37,199 bases of DNA from an uncultured virus (IMG/VR IMGVR_UViG_3300011830_000001) (lineage: Duplodnaviria; Heunggongvirae; Uroviricota; Caudoviricetes): IMG/VR virus record IMGVR_UViG_3300011830_000001, positions 62,001 through 99,199 of that record; one strand, written 5' to 3'. Positions 1 through 7,776 of the stretch are shown in pieces; positions within the stretch are counted from its first letter, which is position 1, and the number at the start of each line of letters is the position of its first letter. The notes under the pieces are model-generated. The model saw nothing but the letters and a program-made list of their open reading frames with translations. It did not search any database and was not told the origin of the DNA. A program made the translations under genes and the position numbers.

Positions 1-1
1 C

Positions 2-2365
2 GACGACGGCACCGTCACCCATGTACAGGAACTGTTTGGTACGGAAACAGGTGATGAGGTCAGTGCTATGCAGCGCTCCGGCGTGGGCGGCTGGTCATGG
101 GCTTATACCGATGGGCTTGGGCGTCCTGATTTCCGTGTGTTTAGCGGATTCGACTATAAGCGGTACCCAAACATCAATGATCGCTTCGGGAAGACTTCCG
201 CGCTGTTTGAGGGTGCTCCGGAGGACGATCAGCGCCTGAGCATGATCAAGACCGGAACAGGGGCCAGCGTGTCTACCCAATGGCAGATCCGCGACCTGTC
301 CGATCTGGTGATGAGTAACAAGCCCGACGGGCGCATCAATCCGGACTTCCCGGCGGAACTCCAGCCGCGTGACCGTACCAGACTCAAGAGCCAGCTACAG
401 GTGCTCGATATTGCCCGTACGATGGACTTTGACCGCCTGAGCCGCTCGGAGTGGGGCGGAGCAGGTGCGCCGATTATTGGCCCCGATAACGTCGTGGAGT
501 CTGGAAACGGTCGGACGATGGGGATAGCGCGAGCGTATGGCTCACAGCAGGCCGATCAATATCGTCAGAGCCTCATAGCCGCCCTGGGTGATTTCGGCCT
601 CTCTAAGGCCGATTTAGACGGTATCAGCGAGCCTGTGCTGGTGCGCCAGCGCCTCGATGACGTTGACCGGGTGCAGTTTGCGCAGGATTGCAATGTGCAG
701 CCGACCGGGCAACCGGAAGAGACCCGCGCCATGCTGGAAGCCGCCCGTAAGCCGAAGATCGACGAACCCGCGCCGCCGCCGTCCTTCCGGATGTGCAGCA
801 GCGTGAAGGACGTGATCGGGCTTATCAGGGTGGCACAGGGCAAGCTCACCATGCAGGACAGGCCGCTGACCGTGATGAAGTTCGTTGCCGATCAGCTGAT
901 GGCTCTTAAAAACCGCCAGCTGACGCGTACGGAATACATCCGGCTCACGCGCCCGCTGCTGGGTAAACCGACTGACGCCTACATGTTTCAGCCCGATAGC
1001 ATGATGGATACGCTCCGCCAGGTGCTGCCGAACTGCCCGCCCGCCGCGCTCCCGATTGACAGTGAAGCCTTTGAATTCGTCGTCTACGAGGGTAAGGGCT
1101 TTGACGTGCCAGCAATGGTGCGCCGCTGGGTGCAGGCCGGAAACGGGAGCAATGAGGCCAGCACTGACCAGCGCCGCGCAGCTGCACAGGACATCCTTAA
1201 AGCCTCAGAAGATGCGATGACGCTCAGTTATGCCAACGGATTGCCTGTCGTCAAATCGTATAACGGGCGCGTGTGGGCGTGGCTCGGCTGGATTTGTGAG
1301 GGCCAGCTCCCTGATATTAACGCGCTACGGCGGGCCAGTTACCAGCTGGCGAAATATGACATGCCGTTACCAGCACAGGCCAAAAAGCAGTATGACGAAG
1401 CGGTAGGTTTCGGGCAGTCATGGCTTGAAAGCGCTGAAGCACCGCGTAAGGCAACGCTCAAGGCGATGCGCGAAGATATCAGCGAAGGCAACCTGGCGGA
1501 TTATCTGACCAGAATCCGTGCGAAGCATCCGGGTCTGGCGAAGTATGCAAGCCGCCTTACGGCAATGATCCACTCCGGGCAATTTATCCAGTCTGGTGAC
1601 GGGGCTATGGACGGGATCGGCGTCGTGCTGGTGAACCTCGATTACTACAACGAGCCGTCATGGGGCCACTCATCCGCCACCGTGCAGCTGCGCGGCCTGA
1701 TGCAGCCCTACATGGACGCCATTAAAAACGAGGTGCAGCAGTTTATTGCCACCAGCAAGGTGAAACAGGCCGACGCCGATCAGTGGATCGGCACCATAGA
1801 TATCGAAGCGAAACTCTTACGCGCCCACGAAAAACGCTGGGGCAAAGGCGTGCTGCTGAGCTGGATCAAGGAGTGCTACCAGCTGGGCGGCGGGAAGTTC
1901 AAGACGCTGCGCTATTTCATCCTCGACCGCCGGAAAAAGCCCCGCGCATGCGCTCATGAGAAGGGCTATATCGTCATGAGCGGCGATACCACTAAAGAAA
2001 CCGTATGGCATGAAATGGGCCATCACTTCGAATTCAGTAACCAGGATTCGCTGGTGGAGGTTATGGCCTACCTGAAAGCCCGCCAGGAGCAATCCGGTAA
2101 TACCGACCTGGTGCGGCTGAATGAGTTTATTCATAGCGGATTTGACGCTGACGAGATCGGAATTAAAGACCAGCTTTCGCAGCCTTACGTTGGGAAGGTC
2201 TACGGCGATCTGAGCTATCTGCGTGCGTCTGAGGTTATCTCCACCGGGTTTGGGAACCTGGCCTGTACCAATGCCATCGCTACGGGCATGGCAGGCCTGA
2301 ACAATGACAACTGCACCGAGCTGGTGCTCGGCATTCTGGCTAAATACATGAGAAGGGGATCGTGA
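2..2365 (+). CDS. ddrB: DdrB-like polyvalent virion protein, 5'-truncated (Pro-like protease remnant, ddrB-type ParB-like domain, C-terminal HExxH zincin motif)
   Basis: Frame is open from base 2 (DDGTVTHVQELFG...). NPDFPAELQPRDR..APIIGPDNVVESGNGRT..PVLVR matches the ddrB-like ParB domain; WHEMGHHFE near the C-terminus; position fits the end of the P1 darA operon. Confidence 0.78.
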   Translation, partial: DDGTVTHVQELFGTETGDEVSAMQRSGVGGWSWAYTDGLGRPDFRVFSGFDYKRYPNINDRFGKTSALFEGAPEDDQRLSMIKTGTGASVSTQWQIRDLSDLVMSNKPDGRINPDFPAELQPRDRTRLKSQLQVLDIARTMDFDRLSRSEWGGAGAPIIGPDNVVESGNGRTMGIARAYGSQQADQYRQSLIAALGDFGLSKADLDGISEPVLVRQRLDDVDRVQFAQDCNVQPTGQPEETRAMLEAARKPKIDEPAPPPSFRMCSSVKDVIGLIRVAQGKLTMQDRPLTVMKFVADQLMALKNRQLTRTEYIRLTRPLLGKPTDAYMFQPDSMMDTLRQVLPNCPPAALPIDSEAFEFVVYEGKGFDVPAMVRRWVQAGNGSNEASTDQRRAAAQDILKASEDAMTLSYANGLPVVKSYNGRVWAWLGWICEGQLPDINALRRASYQLAKYDMPLPAQAKKQYDEAVGFGQSWLESAEAPRKATLKAMREDISEGNLADYLTRIRAKHPGLAKYASRLTAMIHSGQFIQSGDGAMDGIGVVLVNLDYYNEPSWGHSSATVQLRGLMQPYMDAIKNEVQQFIATSKVKQADADQWIGTIDIEAKLLRAHEKRWGKGVLLSWIKECYQLGGGKFKTLRYFILDRRKKPRACAHEKGYIVMSGDTTKETVWHEMGHHFEFSNQDSLVEVMAYLKARQEQSGNTDLVRLNEFIHSGFDADEIGIKDQLSQPYVGKVYGDLSYLRASEVISTGFGNLACTNAIATGMAGLNNDNCTELVLGILAKYMRRGS

Positions 2366-2688
2366 TGGTAACAGTAGAAGCTCGACATGGCCTCGATGAA
2401 ACCGAAGTGCTCACTCTGACCTTTCCGGAAGCAGATCCCGGGATCTCCCAGGCGTTCACCTGCTCCGGGCGTTTTGACGCGCCAGCACTCATCGAATTTT
2501 TCAACAGCCAGCCCGGCGGGATAGGCGTCTGCGACGGTGTAAGCGGCTTTGCGCCGATGATGAAGCCGTTCGCGGTGCTGCATGCGCTCCGGGTCATTGG
2601 CTTTGAACTCATCATGCCGGAAGACTGGCAGGAACAATTTAACGACACAAACCAGCCGGACAACGGCGAAAACAAGGAGATATTTTAA
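2362..2688 (+). CDS. Hypothetical protein at the position of P1 hxr
   Basis: 108 aa, GTGA overlap with the ddrB-like gene and AGGGGA RBS; the hxr link is by synteny only. Confidence 0.65.
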   Translation: MMVTVEARHGLDETEVLTLTFPEADPGISQAFTCSGRFDAPALIEFFNSQPGGIGVCDGVSGFAPMMKPFAVLHALRVIGFELIMPEDWQEQFNDTNQPDNGENKEIF

Positions 2689-2690
2689 TT

Positions 2691-3047
2691 ATGGGCGACT
2701 TAAGTGCACACTTTTCTCGTAAGGAAATGGCCTGCCACTGCGGCTGCGGCTTTAATACCGTCAACCAGGCGTTGGTGGAAAAGCTGGAGGCGATCCGGGC
2801 GCACTTCGGTGCTCCGGTCATCGTTAACAGCGCCTGCCGCTGTCCAAAGCATAACGCCAGCCAGGGCGGCGCGGTGAAGTCTCAGCACGTTTTGGGTAAC
2901 GCTGCGGATATCAGGGTAAAAGGTTTTACGCCGAGCCAGGTGGCGGATTTTGTCGATAAGGCATGGCCTGACACGGGTGGTTTAGGGCGGTACCGGACAT
3001 TTACGCACGTCGATGTGCGCCCCCCGAAAGCCCGCTGGAATGGTTAG
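2691..3047 (+). CDS. Peptidase M15 family Zn peptidase, probable endolysin
   Basis: HFSRKEMACHCGC, SACRCPKHN, SQHVLGNAADI and FTHVDVR motifs; AAGGAG RBS. Confidence 0.88.
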   Translation: MGDLSAHFSRKEMACHCGCGFNTVNQALVEKLEAIRAHFGAPVIVNSACRCPKHNASQGGAVKSQHVLGNAADIRVKGFTPSQVADFVDKAWPDTGGLGRYRTFTHVDVRPPKARWNG

Positions 3048-3057
3048 TAGGGCTACT

Positions 3058-3110
3058 GGATCGGCAATCAGCCGATCCTCTGATGAGGGTTAAACCCCGT
3101 GTTTTTTTTA
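3058..3110 (+). terminator. Hairpins and T-run closing the late operon
   Basis: GGATCGGC-AATCA-GCCGATCC, then GGGT-TAA-ACCC followed by a T8 run. Confidence 0.5.
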
Positions 3111-3291
3111 ACCAATGACAGGGAAGTCATTATTTGAACAGCCAAAACATAAAAAAGCTTAAAGTAAGAATTAGTTTAGAGTAATTTTACTAAATGTCTG
3201 GATCGTAACAATGGTTCTGAACTAAGATGCTGGCGAGACGATCCTCGAACGGTTCGTTTTGGTTTGGTGAAATGGATTTAGCACCTTTCGG

Positions 3292-3436
3292 AAAAGAAAA
3301 AACCGCTGATTTGGCGTCAGCGGTTTCTCTGAAAGAGTAGTTTGACTTGGCGGTCAAACTGAGTGTTAAAACCATCGTCCCTGGGGAGGGAAAAACCACC
3401 AGACCAAGACGTATCTATGGGGAAGGGGGCTTCTTG
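3292..3436 (-). ncRNA. Candidate cis-antisense RNA (~145 nt) with two CGCCAA-loop hairpins
   Basis: Minus-strand promoter at 3443-3471; the final hairpin (3300-3326) is followed on the minus strand by a U-rich tract. Confidence 0.55.
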
Positions 3437-3442
3437 TCTCTG

Positions 3443-3471
3443 AGTTTATGAAAATAGCTCAGATGATGCAA
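3443..3471 (-). promoter_or_regulatory. Sigma70-like promoter for the antisense RNA
   Basis: Minus strand TTGCAT-N17-TAAACT. Confidence 0.6.
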
Positions 3472-4072
3472 ATTAAATCGCTAATCGAGTGCGAACTGAT
3501 TGCAATAAGCCCCTTACATCTCACGCTGAGCTGGGTGGAGGATAGTGTCACTGGCGGCTCGGCGGGGATTCCTGCAACCAGCGTGATCGACGGCAGGGGC
3601 GTAATGAGTTTCCAGGCAATGTGCCTGATGGTTAGCCGATAAATCTCGGAGTGCGAAGCGCGGATGTTGGGGAAACCCTCCTGCGAACTGCCGCGACCAT
3701 CACCGCAACCTGGTAGGTGCAAACGCTACGATGTGCCGCGATAGGGCATACTTGCACCAGCCACAGGGCTATCTCTTGATGTGGTACGTTTGACCGATTC
3801 CGAACGCCGAACGGCATGGATCTGTCCACGGCAGGACTTCCTTACCCTTAAGACCTTTTGTGTCTCGGGGTAGGGGAGTTTTTGACGTTATCCCTCAAAC
3901 CGACAACCGACAGCATGATCACCGACCGAGCCGGACGCAAAGACTGATGAGTGGCTTAAGAAAAAAATGAAATTTTTCAGGTCTAAATCAATCCGGATCT
4001 GCTATGGTATACGCCATTAGTGCTAAGACTGGTGAGAGAGTCTGGTACTAAGTTGAAACTAAACCTGGGGAA

Positions 4073-4564
4073 ATGAAGATGATTGCAGTAACAGTGAAGT
4101 CGAAAGGAAAGAGAACACGAGTGCTTGCGCTATCTGAACCAACAGCACCTAATCCTGATTTCTTACCATTTGAAAAAGTTAAGAACGGTATAACCTCAAA
4201 AGTATTTAAGCGAACACCGCGAAAAGAATATCCAGAAGAAAATGATTTAACTCACGCAATAAAAATTATTACTCCTATGACGCCTGTTAATGGCAAATCA
4301 AAGCACCATCAATATTGCGCTCAGGGCATATTTATTTATTCAGGGTCGAAGCAGCCCGAAGCCAGAGAGGACAAGCCCGTAGTGCTCTATTCCGAGCATG
4401 ACTACAGCCTCAAGCGTAACGACGTTATCCGTATTACTACTCCTGCTGAATTTGGTATAGAGCGCCTTGAGACTAAAATAAGAATCCATCTGGTTAATTC
4501 AGCAGAAGAAATATTTGATAATCACTGCGCTGTATTCTGGAATGAAGCGGTGAATGACAATTGA
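4073..4564 (+). CDS. Hypothetical protein, basic N-terminus
   Basis: 163-aa AT-rich ORF with GGGG RBS; upstream extended -10-like TGCTATGGT and a leader hairpin at 4017-4051. Confidence 0.7.
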   Translation: MKMIAVTVKSKGKRTRVLALSEPTAPNPDFLPFEKVKNGITSKVFKRTPRKEYPEENDLTHAIKIITPMTPVNGKSKHHQYCAQGIFIYSGSKQPEAREDKPVVLYSEHDYSLKRNDVIRITTPAEFGIERLETKIRIHLVNSAEEIFDNHCAVFWNEAVNDN

Positions 4565-4823
4565 AATGCAGTCATCAATCGAGCCGCCCATTAAATTATT
4601 GCCGTGCCCTTTTTGTGGCGCTGAACCAAATATACTCGTTGATTTCGGCGAAAGACAAAGCGATTGCTATTACATTGCTTGTACCAACACTGCTTGCCTT
4701 GTGGCTCCGATAACGCTGACCTTCCGGCGCTCACGCGTGGCCTGCCAGGCATGGAATCGCCGACCGGGTGAACCAGACCCGGCTCCGGTGGCGATAGGCC
4801 AGCGACCACGAAGCGTCACCTAA
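4554..4823 (+). CDS. Lar-family restriction alleviation Zn-finger protein
   Basis: LLPCPFCG...CTNTAC...AWNRR signature. Confidence 0.8.
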   Translation: MTIEMQSSIEPPIKLLPCPFCGAEPNILVDFGERQSDCYYIACTNTACLVAPITLTFRRSRVACQAWNRRPGEPDPAPVAIGQRPRSVT

Positions 4824-4827
4824 AAGT

Positions 4828-4853
4828 AAGCCCGCAGAGCGCGGGCTTTTTTA
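4828..4853. terminator. Intrinsic terminator between convergent lar-like gene and pro
   Basis: AAGCCCGC-AGAGC-GCGGGCTT followed by a T-run. Confidence 0.8.
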
Positions 4854-5867
4854 TTAGCTGAATTTCGGCGCTTTACCGCCGGGAACGGCTTTGCTCGGGC
4901 CGCTGATCACGGTGTAATTGCGCGGTAGCGGTTGCGAGCCACCCTGGCCCGGCAGCGGCGCACGCACAGACTCCAGCAGCGCCGACAGCACGCGGAAATC
5001 CTCTTCCGTGTTTAACGCCTCCAGAGCGGCCCGGTCAGCTTTGCCGAGGAAGACAGGCAGTTTACTGATAAAGGCCTGCTGCGCGGCAACACGACCCTCC
5101 TCGCTAGCCTGAGCAGTTTCCAGCATGGCCTTTGTCTTCTGGTAGTTGTTCGCCAGGTCGGCAATCATGCCGCTCATTTCAAACATGCGGGCACGGAGAG
5201 CCTCATTTTCGATAAGCGGGCTTTCAAACATCGCGTGCTGCACCATCTTTTCATAGTGCTGGGCGATATCGACGGCGGCGCTCTCGGTAAATCCGGCAGA
5301 TTTGCAGCGCTCAACGATCCGGGTCTCACGGTCGGCGGCGCTCTCCATCATAGGCGCGGGCTGTTTATTCAGGCTGATGAAATTCGGCGTGGTCACGTAG
5401 TCGAAGCCCTCAAACAGGGTGACGCGGGCTGCGCTCGCAGATTCGTAGCCGTCAGTAACCCATGACCAGCCGCCGACGCTCCCGGCCTCCATCGTGTTAA
5501 CCACGCGGCCTGGGTCGGTATCCAGGATCTCCTGCGTGTGGGTCACGATATCGCCATCAAGCTTGATATCCAGTGTGCGGGCGGCTGGCACGTTATTCAG
5601 CTGAATGATCTGCCCGTCCACGCGCATGATGGTGAACTCCGGCAGGCGCAGCTGCTGGTGCTCGTTATAATACATTTCCCGGCGACCGTGCCCGTAATAG
5701 CCGTACATTTCACCCAGCTCCATGCGCTCACGCGCGCGCGGGCTGGCGATGGCGTGCTGCACCGATTCCAGGATGTAATTGCGCCCGTTCTGCGGCGTGA
5801 ATTTGCGCTTAAGGTTACGCAGGGAGAATTTGTCTTGCGTCGTGCGGACGCCTTTTAAATGAGCCAT
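4854..5867 (-). CDS. pro: Capsid maturation (head-processing) protease
   Basis: MYGYYGHGRR, VTHTQEILDT, VGGWSW and GFDYVTTPNF motifs of P1 Pro; coupled to prt. Confidence 0.85.
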   Translation of the reverse strand: MAHLKGVRTTQDKFSLRNLKRKFTPQNGRNYILESVQHAIASPRARERMELGEMYGYYGHGRREMYYNEHQQLRLPEFTIMRVDGQIIQLNNVPAARTLDIKLDGDIVTHTQEILDTDPGRVVNTMEAGSVGGWSWVTDGYESASAARVTLFEGFDYVTTPNFISLNKQPAPMMESAADRETRIVERCKSAGFTESAAVDIAQHYEKMVQHAMFESPLIENEALRARMFEMSGMIADLANNYQKTKAMLETAQASEEGRVAAQQAFISKLPVFLGKADRAALEALNTEEDFRVLSALLESVRAPLPGQGGSQPLPRNYTVISGPSKAVPGGKAPKFS

Positions 5868-7609
5868 TACTCGGCCTCCTGAGAAAATGCCATCTTGATC
5901 AGGTTGAGTTTTTCCTGGTCGGTCATGTTGTCGATATCGAGATCCTTGAGCCAGTCCATATCTTCCGGCGCGGACTCCATGAAACCACTGCCGCCGCCAA
6001 AGCCGCCGCCGTGGCCTGAGCCGTCTGCTGGTGGTTTCGCGCTTTCGAATTCGCTGATCATGGCGTCAATGGTCTTCTGGTCTACCTTGAGCACACTGCC
6101 GAAGAGGTAGCTCATCATGGTTTTGCTGTTAGCGAGCTTGTAGTTGTCCTGGATCGCATCCAGCACGGTGACGACGAGCGAGATATAGTTAATCCGGCTG
6201 TCAGAATCGCGGTTTTCCTGCTCCTGAATGGCGGTATTCAGGGAGTTAAATTCAATACGGTACGGGCGCAGGGAGGCCGGATAAACCTTGCCGTATTTGT
6301 AGGCCAGGTGGATATCTATGATGCGGTAGATGGCTTCCTGTGCTGCCTTGCGGATCCACTCGGCACGAAGGGCAGACTGGATAGCCGTCTGTATAAATCC
6401 GCCTTCACCCAGCCCGCCGCTCATCTGGTCAGCCCATCCCAGCATGGTGTAGTCAACGCCGAGCGTAGAGGCCAGCTGACGCACCCACAACATAATATCC
6501 TCAATGCCGTTAATGTCGGCACTGACCTGCTGCGTATCGACTGTGATCCCACCCTTGCCATTCCCCATTACCGGAAGAACGTGGTTAATTACCGTCGGCA
6601 GGGCATTCATCATAGAGGCGTTGCGCTGGATAGAGTCCGTTGAGCGCTTAAGGGACTGCGTGATCTCGCGGGTATAGCGTGCGGCGTTTACCGGATCGAG
6701 TGTGTCCGTATTGACCGCGATCAGCCTGTCCTGTTTGCCCGTATTAAAGCGGTTCGCCAGCAGGGAATTGATCGCCTGATTCAGGTTGAACCACGGCTGG
6801 TAAGACGATTCCAGAAACGATGTGCCGTAGTTCTGCGTTTCAACCAGCGACTGACTATGGCGCGGGGAAAGGAGGCTGTATTCCTTGTTCGACCATGTTA
6901 CCGGGCGCAGCTTGTGGTTAGGCGTCCAGAATGGCACGCGCAGCGGCACCAGGATCCACGGGTCGGACAGTACGCGCTGCCCGCGCTCATCCAGAATGAA
7001 ATCCCCGGCGAAACCCGCCAGCATGCCTCCCTGATAGAACTCCTGAACGAAATGGGGAAGGGTGTAGTAGTTATTCTCGATGGATACCACGCCCTTACCA
7101 TGCTCGGCCTGCGGGCGCACGTAGGAGACGCCATAAATCATCATGGTCATACACCACGATGGCAGACCATCACTGAGCATATCCCCGAGATCAGCCATCA
7201 ACTCTTCACAGCGGGCCAGCGTCTCTTTGTCAGCGGCATCGACAGGGGCAAGGTTAAAGCAGCGGCGGGACTTTGTATCGACGCTCAGCGCGTGCGCCAG
7301 GTGGATGGTCAGTGCATCGTGGATCATTGGCGTTTTCGCCATTTTCTCAAGTAATGCATAGCGGGAGCGTCGCTCTAGCGGTAGCGCCTCCTGCATGTCC
7401 ACCTGATCGCCCACGCTTGCGAGCGGCTCCTGTGTCGCCGTCGGATTGAAATTTCTCAGCGTGGAGTGCGACACAATAGCGCCCGTCCCGATTGATGCAG
7501 TAAGCGGCAGCTGGCTGCTGCTGCGTCGCATACGGGTAGAGAATGGCGACATAATTTTCAGCAATGCTGATTTCGCAAACCACAGCTGATCTGTTTGGTT
7601 TTCAGCCAT
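5867..7609 (-). CDS. prt: Portal protein, P1 Prt-like
   Basis: 580 aa; ETQNYGTSFLE, ADINGIEDI, LGWADQMSGGLGEGG motifs; divergent from darB and upstream of pro as in P1. Confidence 0.85.
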   Translation of the reverse strand: MAENQTDQLWFAKSALLKIMSPFSTRMRRSSSQLPLTASIGTGAIVSHSTLRNFNPTATQEPLASVGDQVDMQEALPLERRSRYALLEKMAKTPMIHDALTIHLAHALSVDTKSRRCFNLAPVDAADKETLARCEELMADLGDMLSDGLPSWCMTMMIYGVSYVRPQAEHGKGVVSIENNYYTLPHFVQEFYQGGMLAGFAGDFILDERGQRVLSDPWILVPLRVPFWTPNHKLRPVTWSNKEYSLLSPRHSQSLVETQNYGTSFLESSYQPWFNLNQAINSLLANRFNTGKQDRLIAVNTDTLDPVNAARYTREITQSLKRSTDSIQRNASMMNALPTVINHVLPVMGNGKGGITVDTQQVSADINGIEDIMLWVRQLASTLGVDYTMLGWADQMSGGLGEGGFIQTAIQSALRAEWIRKAAQEAIYRIIDIHLAYKYGKVYPASLRPYRIEFNSLNTAIQEQENRDSDSRINYISLVVTVLDAIQDNYKLANSKTMMSYLFGSVLKVDQKTIDAMISEFESAKPPADGSGHGGGFGGGSGFMESAPEDMDWLKDLDIDNMTDQEKLNLIKMAFSQEAE

Positions 7610-7776
7610 TGATCACCTCGGTTGTTAAAAAAAATATCCGGCGGCGATTATGATGTTTGTTTACTAGCGAGGGTGAGAACGCTCTAAATCTATTCGCCAT
7701 TCTGTTGTCCACTCTGGCGCTAATAAACTAATGCAAAAATCCACACGCTCTAAACCTAGATCGTGAGGAAAAAGTT
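7610..7776. promoter_or_regulatory. Divergent prt/darB control region
   Basis: AT-rich intergenic region with GCTCTAAAT (7681) and GCTCTAAAC (7747), copies of the window-wide motif. Confidence 0.55.

Larger units (their letters stand above)
3200..3935 (+). ncRNA. Candidate large structured non-coding RNA (~730 nt), family unassigned
   Basis: Nested helices 3255-3269/3397-3411, 3272-3284/3363-3375, 3424-3436/3503-3515, 3540-3550/3883-3893 and 3835-3848/3867-3880 contain G-U pairs valid only on the + strand; GAAA/GCGA tetraloops; no credible ORF. Ends are approximate. Confidence 0.7.

Noticed and set aside
3080..3100. CTGATGAG (also at ~3945) as a hammerhead ribozyme core
   Set aside because: No GAAA follows a stem II, and stems I and III cannot be built.
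3190..3829. Short ORFs 3190-3399(-), 3448-3642(+), 3459-3722(-), 3632-3829(-)
   Set aside because: No convincing RBS or protein features; they overlap each other and the RNA helices.
3200..3960. Group I or group II intron identity for the large RNA
   Set aside because: No recognisable P7/R-S elements; GAGCCGGACGC at 3928 does not complete a domain V hairpin; no interrupted exons flank it.
3290..3970. Direct homology to the ColE1/p15A origin
   Set aside because: The architecture is reminiscent, but the conserved origin-proximal RNA II sequence blocks are not present, so it is kept only as an analogy.
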